Below, one piece after another: positions 1-9,949 of a stretch of DNA of 64,000 bases; within the stretch, counting starts at the first letter, position 1, and every line of letters starts with the position of its first letter. A program made the translations under genes and the position numbers. The notes beneath the pieces are model-generated. The model was not told the DNA's origin. It worked only from the letters and a program-made list of their open reading frames with translations, and ran no database searches. Source of the stretch: Dehalococcoidia bacterium (GTDB lineage: Bacteria; Chloroflexota; Dehalococcoidia; GIF9; UBA5629); NCBI GenBank assembly GCA_050011565.1, contig JBEKIW010000001.1, positions 384,001 through 448,000 of the forward strand, given 5' to 3'.

Positions 1-2
1 AT

Positions 3-1652
3 GGTCGATTTGGCAATTGGCTGGAGAATAATGTTGACTGGGCTTTTTCTCGAGAGCGGTACTGGGGAACACCGCTAAATGTCTGGAATTGCTCCCAATG
101 TGGCAACTACGAATGTGTCGGAAGCCTCGAGGAGTTGAAAGCGAAACCGAATATTCAAGGTCTGGTCGAGCCGCTGGACTTGCATCGTCCTTTTGTGGAT
201 GATATTACCTTTTCTTGTTCCAAGTGCGGCGGCAAAATGGTGCGGCAAACTGAAGTGATTGATTGCTGGTTCGACTCGGGCGCTATGCCCTTCGCACAGT
301 GGCATTATCCATTTGAAAATCAGGATACCTTTAAACAGAATTTCCCTGCTGACTATATATCCGAAGCGGTTGACCAGACACGCGGATGGTTTTACAGCTT
401 ACATGCCATATCGACGCTCCTCTTTGAGCGACCTTGCTTCAAGAATGTTATTTGTCTGGGACACATACTCGATGCCGAAGGCGAGAAGATGAGCAAAGCG
501 AAGGGAAATGTGGTTGACCCGTGGTCAGTGCTTGACAAGTACGGTGCTGATGCTCTGCGCTGGTATCTATTTACGGCTGCCCCGGCGGGCAATGTCCGCC
601 GCTTTTCCAGTGATGCTGTGGCCGAGGTGCTGCGCAATTTTCTGCTTACCTTGTGGAACGTCTATTCCTTTTTCGTCGTCTATGCCAATATTGACCACTT
701 TAATCCCAAGGCAGCAGGTAAACTGTCGCTTTCGGACCTGGACAGATGGATTCTTTCCAGGCTTAATCAGCTTATTGCTGACGTAGATGGGGCTTTGGAT
801 AATTATGACCCCACTTCGGCGGGACGGAAGCTTGAGGCCTTTATTGACGAACTTTCTAACTGGTATGTGAGGCGGAGCCGCCGCCGATTCTGGAAAAGTC
901 AGAGCGACGCGGACAAGCTGGCTGCTTATTCGACGTTATATCATTGTCTGGTTACCCTATCAAAACTTCTGGCTCCCTTTACGCCGTTTGTAGCTGACGA
1001 GATTTATAGGAATCTGGTTGGCTCAGTTGAGCCTGAAGCTGCGGAAAGCGTGCACCTGTCTAACTATCCTGTTGCTGACCTTTCTCAGATTGATGAGAAG
1101 CTTGTTGAAGCTACCAACCTGGTTATGACAGTTTGTAGTCTGGGGCGTGCCGCTAGGGCGAAAGCTGGCGTAAAGGTGCGCCAACCCCTGGCAAAGGCAT
1201 TGGTCAAAGTGAAATCAGCCGGAGAAAAGAAAGCTTTGCAGAAGCTAACCCATCAGATATTGGACGAACTCAATGTCAAAGAAGTGGATTTTCGTGAAGC
1301 AGAAGAGATTAGTGACAGACCTGGTTACGCTTCTGCCGCTGAGGGTGACTACTGTGTGGCAGTGGCAACTGAATTGTCGCCTGAATTAGAGGCTGAAGGG
1401 ATGGCCAGAGAGGTAGTACGGCGTTTGCAGACCATGCGCCGCTCAGCAGGTCTGGACATCGCCGACCATATCGTTACCTATTATGATGGTGGGGATTCAA
1501 TTCAGCTGGTTATGAACAAATTCGCCGACTATATCAAGCAGGAAACGTTGACCCGGGAGCTCGTTTCGGCAGTGCCTCCCGATGGAAGTTATATCGAAAA
1601 GTTTCGCATTTCCAGTTACGAAATCTCACTGTGCATCAAGAAGGCAGCCTGA
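3..1652 (+). CDS. ileS: Isoleucyl-tRNA synthetase, type 2 (5'-truncated by window edge)
   Basis: Frame open from base 3 (GRFGNWLENNVDWAFSRERYWGTPL); DCWFDSG, EAVDQTRGWFY and KMSKA motifs; LSNWYVRRSRRRFW anticodon-binding segment. Confidence 0.96.
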   Translation, partial: GRFGNWLENNVDWAFSRERYWGTPLNVWNCSQCGNYECVGSLEELKAKPNIQGLVEPLDLHRPFVDDITFSCSKCGGKMVRQTEVIDCWFDSGAMPFAQWHYPFENQDTFKQNFPADYISEAVDQTRGWFYSLHAISTLLFERPCFKNVICLGHILDAEGEKMSKAKGNVVDPWSVLDKYGADALRWYLFTAAPAGNVRRFSSDAVAEVLRNFLLTLWNVYSFFVVYANIDHFNPKAAGKLSLSDLDRWILSRLNQLIADVDGALDNYDPTSAGRKLEAFIDELSNWYVRRSRRRFWKSQSDADKLAAYSTLYHCLVTLSKLLAPFTPFVADEIYRNLVGSVEPEAAESVHLSNYPVADLSQIDEKLVEATNLVMTVCSLGRAARAKAGVKVRQPLAKALVKVKSAGEKKALQKLTHQILDELNVKEVDFREAEEISDRPGYASAAEGDYCVAVATELSPELEAEGMAREVVRRLQTMRRSAGLDIADHIVTYYDGGDSIQLVMNKFADYIKQETLTRELVSAVPPDGSYIEKFRISSYEISLCIKKAA

Positions 1653-1675
1653 AGGTTGTTACCAAGTTACCTGTC

Positions 1676-2803
1676 TTAGCCACCCGGGGAAGGACTTTGT
1701 ATCAAGCGGACACTTGTTGTCTTTGTCTCGTTGCCTCTAACGAAGGTTATGGTGACTTCATCTCCAATTTGCGATTCGTGTATGGTGTTTATTAGGTCCT
1801 CAGCCGTAGTTGCCTCTTTACCATTGAATCTAGTGATTACATCAAACTCCTGCAAGCCCGCTTCTGCCGCCGGGCTACCTGGCTTCACGTAGGCTACAAC
1901 CACACCCTGGTTAACCGGTAGGCGGTTAATCGTGGCGACGTATTGGTCGACAGTATACAGTGTGACCCCAAGCCAGGGACGGACTATATAGCCTTGTGTA
2001 ATTAACTGTTCGATGATCGGTATGGCGGTTTTGGCGCTTATAGCATAGCCTAAGCCTTCGACTCCAACCGCAGCCACTTTGGCGCTGGTGATACCGATGA
2101 CCTCAGCTTTCATATTGACCAAAGGGCCGCCGCTATTACCTGGATTAATAGCCGCCGAGGTTTCAATCAGGTCATCCAGAGTCTGCCCTTGCTCCACTTC
2201 TAAAGATACTCTCAGGCCACTTACAGTGCCTTCTTTAGCTCTTATTCCTTCACCTAAAGGATTGCCGATGGCTACTACCCAGTCTCCGACTCTAAGCTTT
2301 GTTGAGTCACCCACACTGGCTGCGGGCAAGTTATTGGCATCAATCTTTATAACGGCCAGGTCTGTCAACTGGTCTGTGTTTATGTTTTTGGGGTCTACCT
2401 CAAAGGTTCTGCCGTCGCTTAATTCTACGGTTACCTTTTTAGCTCCCTCGACGACATGGTTATTAGTCACAATTATGCCATCTTTGTCTATAATCCAGCC
2501 CGAGCCGGCGCCTTTTTGTGTAAGAGGTGTTCGAAACACGTCCATAGTCACAACTTCGGTATTTATTGCCACTACTGAGGGGTAGACCTTCTCAACTACG
2601 TCAGCAATGCTGGGTAGTGTTGGTGCCTCGGTTTGTGGTTGTGGCGGCGACCAACCTGTGTCGAGCGGTTGTTTGGGAGTGGACGTCGCTGGCGTTTGGT
2701 TTTGTGGGGGTGATGGCGCCGTAACATTGGGCACTGTGATTACACAGCCAGTCATGCTTACTACCAAACTCAACATTAATAAGACGATTAAGACTTGTTT
2801 CAT
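1676..2803 (-). CDS. htrA: HtrA/DegP-like trypsin serine protease with PDZ domain, probable lipoprotein
   Basis: TNNHVV, DLAVIKI, INPGNSGGPL catalytic motifs; C-terminal PDZ; signal peptide ending MTGC; start moved to MKQVLIV. Confidence 0.9.
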   Translation of the reverse strand: MKQVLIVLLMLSLVVSMTGCVITVPNVTAPSPPQNQTPATSTPKQPLDTGWSPPQPQTEAPTLPSIADVVEKVYPSVVAINTEVVTMDVFRTPLTQKGAGSGWIIDKDGIIVTNNHVVEGAKKVTVELSDGRTFEVDPKNINTDQLTDLAVIKIDANNLPAASVGDSTKLRVGDWVVAIGNPLGEGIRAKEGTVSGLRVSLEVEQGQTLDDLIETSAAINPGNSGGPLVNMKAEVIGITSAKVAAVGVEGLGYAISAKTAIPIIEQLITQGYIVRPWLGVTLYTVDQYVATINRLPVNQGVVVAYVKPGSPAAEAGLQEFDVITRFNGKEATTAEDLINTIHESQIGDEVTITFVRGNETKTTSVRLIQSPSPGG

Positions 2804-2979
2804 GATAACCTTCCTGTTATTCAAAGTGCGGGAATTTTAGCACAAGCTTCCTTTTGATACAAAACTGACTTGATTCCTACGATTGGCTGGTACATAATGA
2901 TTGACTGGCTAACAAGACAACAGGACAGCGATTCAGGTCTTGAAACTCACGGTCAATATTTAAATCGGAGACATGCAAG

Positions 2980-3753
2980 TTGAAAGTGCAAATTCTAGGT
3001 GCACACAGCGGGGAGGTTAAGGGTCTGCGGATGGTATCCCTTCTTATTGATGGCATTCTAGCTTTGGATGCCGGCGGTCTTACCTCGAGCCTGTCTCTGT
3101 CGGAGCAGCAAAGGGTGAGAGCAGTTTTGCTCACGCATCATCACTTCGACCATAGCCGAGATTTGGTTACGCTTGGAGCCAATGGCGCCACATTCCCATC
3201 ACCGGTTGATATATATGCCTTGAGCCAGACTTTGGACGTCCTGAACTTCTGCCTTCTAGACGGCAAGATGTATGCTGACTTCTCTAAATGGCCGTCCAGG
3301 GAGAAGCCTTGTCTGCAGCTAAAAGTAATAGAGCCGCTGCAGCCGCAAAATATTCTTGGCTATGACGTATTACCAGTGCCGGTACGGCATGCAGTGCCCT
3401 CTGTAGGATTTCAGATTACATCTAAGGATGGAAAGAGTCTGTTCTATACCGGTGATACAGGTCCCGGGCTGGAAGCTTGCTGGCAGCATATTTCGCCTCG
3501 GTTGCTCATAATTGAGGTCTCCGGCATAAACAAGTCTCAGGACTTTCTTAAAAGCGTCGGTCATTTATCACCCGAGCTTCTTAAAGAGGAGCTGATACAG
3601 TTCCGTCAAACTAAAGGATATTTGCCACGAATAGTTGTCATTCATATCCCTCCGCAGGCTGAGAGAGAGGTCAGGCAGGAGGTAAAAAGAGTAGCTCGGG
3701 AACTTAAAATACGTATAGATATTGGCTACGAAGGTATGAAAATTACCCTCTAG
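2980..3753 (+). CDS. Metallo-beta-lactamase-fold hydrolase (class II cNMP phosphodiesterase-like)
   Basis: THHHFDH, PVRHAVP, YTGDTG, GHLSP motifs. Confidence 0.8.
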   Translation: MKVQILGAHSGEVKGLRMVSLLIDGILALDAGGLTSSLSLSEQQRVRAVLLTHHHFDHSRDLVTLGANGATFPSPVDIYALSQTLDVLNFCLLDGKMYADFSKWPSREKPCLQLKVIEPLQPQNILGYDVLPVPVRHAVPSVGFQITSKDGKSLFYTGDTGPGLEACWQHISPRLLIIEVSGINKSQDFLKSVGHLSPELLKEELIQFRQTKGYLPRIVVIHIPPQAEREVRQEVKRVARELKIRIDIGYEGMKITL

Positions 3754-3798
3754 CCTCACCCTTATCAAGCTCCACCAAAGTCTAAATCTGGGCTACAA

Positions 3799-3830
3799 TT
3801 CCCCCTCCCCCGGTGTGGGAGCAGGGGGAA
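3799..3830. terminator. GC-rich hairpin between convergent genes
   Basis: TTCCCCCT...AGGGGGAA imperfect inverted repeat. Confidence 0.3.
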
Positions 3831-3862
3831 GGGGAACTGAAAATAGTTTTTTTACGCTTGAA

Positions 3863-5236
3863 CTATGCCTCTACGTACTCTACCTTGGGCAGATGCGTCA
3901 AGGCTTCTTTCACTTTCTCTGCGGGATAATCATAATCCTGAAGCTTTCCGCTGAGATACTCGTCGTAAGCCGCCAGGTCGAAATGTCCATGACCGCTGAG
4001 GGCGAGTAGTATGGTTTTGGACTCGCCAGACTTCTTACAAGCCAGCGCTTCGTCTATGACTACTCTTATGGCGTGGTTTGGCTCCGGCGCCGGGATGATG
4101 CCCTCGGTGCGAGCGAACTGAACGCCCGCCTGGAAGGTTGCCACCTGGGGCACTGCCTTAGCTTCGACAAATCCTAGCTTGTGAAGATGGCTGATTATCG
4201 GCGCCATGCCGTGGTAGCGAAGTCCGCCGGCGTGGATTCCAGGTGGAATGAAGGTATGGCCTAAGGTGAACATTTTAGCAATTGGCGCCATTCCGCAGAC
4301 ATCACCGTAATCCCAGGCATACATCCCTTTGGTTATGCTGGGGCAGGCTTGAGGTTCTACGTTGATGATGCGCAGGTCCGGCTTTTTGCCTTGGATTTTA
4401 TCCTTTACGAAGGGCAAGAACATGCCCGCGAAGTTGCTGCCGCCACCGATACAGCCCACGATGATATCAGGATAGAGGCCTGCCTTCTCCATCTGTTTCT
4501 TGGCCTCTTCACCGATTATTGTCTGGTGTAGCAGGACAGAGTTGATGACGCTGCCTATGGAATAATAAGTGTCCTCGCGGCCGAAGGCGTCCTCTATAGC
4601 CTCGCTTATGGCGATAGCCAAGCTTCCCGGTGAATTGGGGTCCTCAGCCAGAATTTTGCGCCCTATTTCGGTGTCCTGACTGGGGCTGGGCACACACTTG
4701 GCTCCCCAGGTCTCCATCAATATACGGCGGTAGGGCTTCTGGTTATAGCTCACCTTGACCATATATACCTTGCATTCGATGCCAAAGAAGGCACAGCCCA
4801 ATGCCAGAGCACTGCCCCACTGGCCGGCACCGGTCTCAGTAGCGAAGCGCTTTATGCCGTCTTTCTTGCCGTAGTAGGCTTGGGCCACAGCCGTGTTCAA
4901 CTTGTGGCTGCCAGCCGGGCTAACCCCCTCATATTTATAGAAGATTTTAGCCGGCGTATCGAGCGCCTTTTCCAGGCGGTAGGCGCGAATTACGGGCGTT
5001 GGCCGCCACAGCTTGTAAATATCCAGCACCTCGTCGGGGATTTCGATGTTTCTCTCTTTGCTGAATTCCTGCTCCTGCATACCTTTGGAGAAAAGTGGGG
5101 GAGGTAGTGGAGTAGGTTGCCCGGTCCCCGGGTGCAGCAGCGGTGGTAGCGGCTTGGGTAGGTCGGGCAAGATGTTGTACCACGTTGTGGGCATTTCCTT
5201 TTCGGTTAGTGTGATTTTGGTTTCTTGACCTTTCAT
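3863..5236 (-). CDS. trpB2: TrpB2-type tryptophan synthase beta (stand-alone)
   Basis: [13 protein letters not shown]-terminus, GSHKLN PLP lysine, [26 protein letters not shown]. Confidence 0.93.
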   Translation of the reverse strand: MKGQETKITLTEKEMPTTWYNILPDLPKPLPPLLHPGTGQPTPLPPPLFSKGMQEQEFSKERNIEIPDEVLDIYKLWRPTPVIRAYRLEKALDTPAKIFYKYEGVSPAGSHKLNTAVAQAYYGKKDGIKRFATETGAGQWGSALALGCAFFGIECKVYMVKVSYNQKPYRRILMETWGAKCVPSPSQDTEIGRKILAEDPNSPGSLAIAISEAIEDAFGREDTYYSIGSVINSVLLHQTIIGEEAKKQMEKAGLYPDIIVGCIGGGSNFAGMFLPFVKDKIQGKKPDLRIINVEPQACPSITKGMYAWDYGDVCGMAPIAKMFTLGHTFIPPGIHAGGLRYHGMAPIISHLHKLGFVEAKAVPQVATFQAGVQFARTEGIIPAPEPNHAIRVVIDEALACKKSGESKTILLALSGHGHFDLAAYDEYLSGKLQDYDYPAEKVKEALTHLPKVEYVEA

Positions 5237-5280
5237 TTTTCTCCTTTAAATTTTTAATACATGATAGTTTTAGCCAGTTG

Positions 5281-5322
5281 TCATTGGCCCTCGGGGGGCC
5301 ACATCCATCTAATTATTGTCAT
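5281..5322 (-). CDS. Putative leader peptide MTIIRWMWPPEGQ (13 aa)
   Basis: AAGGAGG RBS at 5331-5337; two UGG codons; lies between T-box terminator and trpB2. Confidence 0.6.
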   Translation of the reverse strand: MTIIRWMWPPEGQ

Positions 5323-5339
5323 TTACATAACCTCCTTCA

Positions 5340-5620
5340 AAATACAAAGCCTCTCGCCTAAGGGGCGAGAGGCTTAATCTTCGCGGTGCCACCCTTATTG
5401 GTCTTTCGACCATCTCATTCAGGTACCGCTATAACATACTATACCGATACCCCAGGTTATAATAACGCTACCCTTTGCGTCAAAGCCTACTCGTGCTAGT
5501 TCAGCCTTTCGGTTTGCGGCTCCCAGGTCCATTCAGCTTTTGCGCTCGCGTCAGCTTCCACCTTGCCTGACTCTCTATAGCTTCGCTTAAAGGCCTACTA
5601 GTCCTGTTCCCAGCCTTTGC
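5340..5620 (-). promoter_or_regulatory. T-box riboswitch, Trp specifier, upstream of trpB2
   Basis: AAGGGTGGCACCGCG T-box (5382-5396); AGTA/AGAGAG/GGTGGAA stem-I motifs; GAA-TGG specifier (5529-5531); terminator AAGCCTCTCGCC/GGCGAGAGGCTT. Confidence 0.93.
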
Positions 5621-5638
5621 TTTATTAAATTGGCAGGT

Positions 5639-5667
5639 ATTGTAAGTGTTTGTTTGTGGTTTGTCAA
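5639..5667 (-). promoter_or_regulatory. sigma70-type promoter for T-box-trpB2
   Basis: TTGACA-17 nt-TACAAT. Confidence 0.7.
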
Positions 5668-5739
5668 GTTTTGTATTAGTTTCATTTTCATTTGAATCCG
5701 GTCTCGTCAAGTGGTTGGGTTAGTGAGAGGTGGCAAAAG

Positions 5740-5830
5740 CTGTAATGCTGAGGGAGCTAAGCTACTGAGGAATATCGCCTGAACTGAATTCTACAACCAC
5801 TGAGATTCTTCGCTGTGCTCAGAATAACAG
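5740..5830. repeat. Degenerate REP-like palindromic element
   Basis: CTGTAATGCTGAG..GAGGAATATC pairs imperfectly with GAGATTCTTCGCTGTGCTCAGAATAACAG. Confidence 0.45.
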
Positions 5831-6007
5831 AAGACAACGGCGGAAATTCAGATATCTGACATTTGGTCATTTGTGCTTAGTATTTGTTTTGAATTCGGAA
5901 TTTGGTACTTGGGATTTAATGTGTGGACTGTGTAACTTGACATATTGTGTGAAAGATAGTAGAAATATTGTACTCATATATTACAGCTTCGAAAGGGTAG
6001 GAGGCAG

Positions 6008-9000
6008 ATGAAAGATGCGGATAAGGACATAGGACAGCTAATCGATGAGCTGGCGCAATTGCGCCAGCGAATTGCCGAACTGGAAGCCTCAGAAGCCGAG
6101 CGTAAACGGGTCGAGGAGGTGCTGCGGATATCTGAGGCTAGATATCGGGCACTCATAGACAATGCCAATGAAATAATAGTCGTTGTCCAGGATAACATAT
6201 CCAAGTTCAGCAACCTCAAAGCCGTCGAGGTTACCGGCTATTCTCAAGAGGAATTAACATCAAGACCTTTCGTGGAGTTTATCCACCCGGATGACCGCCA
6301 GATAGCAATTGAGAATTATTCCAGAAGGTTGATAGGCGATGAGTCTACCCAGGTGGCACCTGTCAGGATTTTAGACAAACTTGGAAAGGTAAGGTGGATG
6401 GACTTCTCCTGGTCTACATTGACCTGGGAAGGGAGACCAGCTCTTCTGTATTTGATTAATGATATCACCGAGTGGAAGAAAGTTGAAGAAGCCCTGGCGG
6501 AAAGCGAGGCGAAATACAGAGAGCTTGCTGAAAGCATCACCGACATCTTCTTTGCTCTGGATGAAGATTTGAGGTATATCTATTGGAATAAAGCCAGTGA
6601 GGAACTAACTGGCGTCTTGGCTAAAGATGCGCTGGGGAAACATCTCTACGACCTTTTCCCGGATACGGAAGCTACTAGAAGAGCTCAGAGTGCCTACCGA
6701 AGAGCGCTGACAACTAAAAAACCTCAACATCTAATCAATAACTTTCCTATCGACGGTAGGGATTTAGTTTTTGAAATCAACGCCTACCCTACGACAAACG
6801 GTCTTTGCGTTTACGTTAGGGATATAACCGAGCGCAAAAAGTTAGAGGAAGCTTTGAGAGAGAGCGAGCAGTGGTATCGCCTTATCTTTGATAATGCGCC
6901 AATTGGAATTGGCTTTACCTCTCTCGAGGGGAAGGTGATAACTCTTAACAAGGCTATGGAGTCCATTACCGGATATTCGGCTGAGGAGTTCAATAGGATT
7001 AATGTGGCCGATATGTACGTAGATAAGGCAGATAGAGAGGTGTTGCTACAAGAACTCAGCCAACTTGGTACTGTTATTGATTATTCAATACGACTAAAGC
7101 GTAAAGATGGCACCCAATACTATGCACTTATAACCTGCAAACTGGCCCCTATTGGGGATAAGAAGTTTGTTCAGACGATATTGCATGATGTCACCGAGCG
7201 CAAGCGGGCAGAGGAGGCACTGCGCGAAAGCGAGGAGCGCTATCGCTCTCTGGTAGAGCTGTCTCCCGAAGCCATTTTTGTTGCCAGCGAAGGCAAACAT
7301 GTCTTTATAAATAGTGCCGGGCTGAAGTTATTTGGCGCTTCGAGCGCTGACCAAATCATTGGGAAACCTTTAATGGACTTCATCCACCCCAACTATCGCG
7401 AAATCGTCGCCCAGAGAATACATAACGCACTGGAAACGGGGATGGCATCTCCCACTGTTGAAGAAAAGTTCCTTCGGCTTGATGGCACAGAGATTGATGT
7501 TGAGGTGAGGGCGGCTCCTTTAATTTACCAGGGCAAGCCGGCAATGCAAGCTGTCGTCCGTGACATCTCTGAGCGCAAACAGGCTGAGGAATCGCTGCGC
7601 CTCTCGGAGCAAAACTTCCGCGATTCGATAGAAAACTCGCCTTTAGGCATACGCATTGTCAATGAAGATGGGAAGACTCTTTACGCCAATCGGGCTTTTC
7701 TGGGTATATATGGCTACAGTAGTTTTAAGCAACTGGAAGCTGTGCCTAGAAAACAGCGTTACACACCTGAGAGCTATGCTGAGCACAGGAAAAGGGTAGG
7801 GGACAGGAAAATGGGGAAACATGTCCCCACTAATTATGAAATCGGCATTGTGCGTAAAGATGGTCAAGTTCGACATCTAGCAGTGTCCCGCGGGGAAGTG
7901 CTGTGGAATGGCCAAAGGCAATTCCAGGTGATTTATCAGGATATCACCGAGCGCAAGCAGGCGGAGGAGACGCTGCGGCAGAGGGAAGAACATTTCCGGG
8001 CGCTTATTGAAAATTCATCAGATCTCATTACTATTGTTGATTCACTTGGAGCTGTGCAGTACCAGAGTCCCAACTACCAAACTATCTGGGGACATGATCC
8101 AGCTGAGGAAGTAGGCAGAGATATGTTCAAGGATGTTCATCCCGATGACATGGCTCTTGTCAGCGAAAAATTTAAGTATCTTTTGATGAACCCCGCTAGT
8201 TCAACCCACGTTGAGGTAAGAGCACAGCATGGAGATGGGTCATGGCGTACTATTGATGTGGTCGGGCGCAACCTTCTTGATCATCCCGCTGTACGTGGCG
8301 TTGTCGTGAATTTCCGCGATATAACCGAGCGTAAGCTGGCGGAGGAGGCGCTGCGGGAGAGTGAAGTACATTATCGGCTGCTGGCGGAAAACGTGAGAGA
8401 TGTCATATGGGCTACGGACATGGATTTGCGGTTTACCTATGTCAGCCCGTCCATTAAATATCTCGGAGACCGTACCGCCGAGGAGGTTATATCCCTGTCA
8501 ATAGGGCAACTTCTGACGCCCTCTTCGCAAGAGTTGGCCATTAAGATTCTTGCTGAGGAACTGGCCATAGCAAACACCACGCCGCAAGACCTGACCCGGT
8601 CGCGGACACTTGAAGTTGAGTTTCTTCGCCGTGATGGTTCCACCTTATGGGCAGAGCTGAAGATGAATTTCATACGTGGCCTGGATAATCGGCCTGTAGG
8701 TCTATTGGGAGTCATGCGGGACATCAGTGAACGGAAAAAGGCAGAAGAAGAGAGGAGAGAATTTGAGCAAAAGGCTCAGCTTGCCAGCCGCCTGGCTTCT
8801 GTTGGCGAGTTAGCCGCCGGCGTTGCCCACGAGATAAATAACCCGCTGACGGGTGTTATCGGTTATGCCGAATTGCTGATGCAGGAGGACGTTCCAGAGC
8901 ATATTAAAAGCGATTTAGAGGTTATTCATAGTGGGGCGAAGCGAGTGGCTGATATCGTGAAGGGGCTGCTCAAATTCGCCCGCCAGACCAAGCCGGAGCG

Positions 9001-9949
9001 AACTGTTGTTGATATTAACCAGGTTATAGAAGTTTGCTTACGTCTGCGGGCCTATGAAACGGAGACGAGCAACATAAAAGTTACTACCAAGCTTGCTCCT
9101 GACCTGCCTTTGACCATTGCCGACCCCGGCCAGCTTCAGCAGGTGTTCCTCAATTTGCTCATAAACGCTGAGACGGAGATGAAATTAGCTCACGGTAAGG
9201 GGAGACTGACAATCAAGACGCAACGTGCAGATAATAATATCCGGATATGCTTCAAAGATGATGGGCCGGGGATAGCTAAGGAGAACCTGGAAAAGATATT
9301 TGACCCCTTCTTTACCACCAGGGAGGTAGGTAAGGGGACCGGGCTTGGTTTAAGCATCTGCCATGGAATGATAACCGAGCACGAAGGCAGGATATGGGCT
9401 GAAAGCAAGCCGGGTAAGGGGGCTACCTTCATCGTAGAATTGCCAGTAGTTGCTGAGAAAAGACGCCCAACCAGGCGGCTAAAAGCAACACCTAAAACAA
9501 AAGCAGCGGCCAGAACCAAAATACTGGTAGTTGATGATGAGCCGGTGGTAAGGCGGTTGTTAAGCCAAATTTTGGAGGAAGAAGGCTATAAGGTAGAGAC
9601 CACGGACGATGGCAGGGATGCATTGAACAAAATTAAGAGCCACAGGTATAGCCTCATCATGCTGGATGTAAAATTGCCAGGCATGAGTGGCAGCCAGCTC
9701 TATGCCCATATTCGTGAGATTGGGTTGTCGTTAGCAAAGCGAGTGGTCTTCATCACCGGCGATGTCATGGGCGCAGACACCGAAGCTTTTCTGGCCAAGG
9801 CAGGAGCACCATTTATTACCAAGCCATTTGAGGTTGGGCAGTTGAAAGCAGAGATAAGAAGCCTGTTAGTTCCGTCCCGCCCGAAGGGCACCGCTAAATC
9901 AAACTTCAAGTCAAAAATCAGAAGCCAAAAGGCAAAAGCTAAAATTTAG
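6008..9949 (+). CDS. Hybrid sensor histidine kinase with about 7 PAS domains and C-terminal receiver
   Basis: Repeated DITERKxAEEAL linkers; AHEINNPL H-box; GKGTGLGL G2 box; LVVDDE/LDVKLP receiver. Confidence 0.93.
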   Translation: MKDADKDIGQLIDELAQLRQRIAELEASEAERKRVEEVLRISEARYRALIDNANEIIVVVQDNISKFSNLKAVEVTGYSQEELTSRPFVEFIHPDDRQIAIENYSRRLIGDESTQVAPVRILDKLGKVRWMDFSWSTLTWEGRPALLYLINDITEWKKVEEALAESEAKYRELAESITDIFFALDEDLRYIYWNKASEELTGVLAKDALGKHLYDLFPDTEATRRAQSAYRRALTTKKPQHLINNFPIDGRDLVFEINAYPTTNGLCVYVRDITERKKLEEALRESEQWYRLIFDNAPIGIGFTSLEGKVITLNKAMESITGYSAEEFNRINVADMYVDKADREVLLQELSQLGTVIDYSIRLKRKDGTQYYALITCKLAPIGDKKFVQTILHDVTERKRAEEALRESEERYRSLVELSPEAIFVASEGKHVFINSAGLKLFGASSADQIIGKPLMDFIHPNYREIVAQRIHNALETGMASPTVEEKFLRLDGTEIDVEVRAAPLIYQGKPAMQAVVRDISERKQAEESLRLSEQNFRDSIENSPLGIRIVNEDGKTLYANRAFLGIYGYSSFKQLEAVPRKQRYTPESYAEHRKRVGDRKMGKHVPTNYEIGIVRKDGQVRHLAVSRGEVLWNGQRQFQVIYQDITERKQAEETLRQREEHFRALIENSSDLITIVDSLGAVQYQSPNYQTIWGHDPAEEVGRDMFKDVHPDDMALVSEKFKYLLMNPASSTHVEVRAQHGDGSWRTIDVVGRNLLDHPAVRGVVVNFRDITERKLAEEALRESEVHYRLLAENVRDVIWATDMDLRFTYVSPSIKYLGDRTAEEVISLSIGQLLTPSSQELAIKILAEELAIANTTPQDLTRSRTLEVEFLRRDGSTLWAELKMNFIRGLDNRPVGLLGVMRDISERKKAEEERREFEQKAQLASRLASVGELAAGVAHEINNPLTGVIGYAELLMQEDVPEHIKSDLEVIHSGAKRVADIVKGLLKFARQTKPERTVVDINQVIEVCLRLRAYETETSNIKVTTKLAPDLPLTIADPGQLQQVFLNLLINAETEMKLAHGKGRLTIKTQRADNNIRICFKDDGPGIAKENLEKIFDPFFTTREVGKGTGLGLSICHGMITEHEGRIWAESKPGKGATFIVELPVVAEKRRPTRRLKATPKTKAAARTKILVVDDEPVVRRLLSQILEEEGYKVETTDDGRDALNKIKSHRYSLIMLDVKLPGMSGSQLYAHIREIGLSLAKRVVFITGDVMGADTEAFLAKAGAPFITKPFEVGQLKAEIRSLLVPSRPKGTAKSNFKSKIRSQKAKAKI

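Noticed and set aside
5501-5710. 69-aa ORF upstream of trpB2 (and 37353-37535 near trpE)
   Set aside because: Overlap the T-box RNA and promoter; not credible as genes
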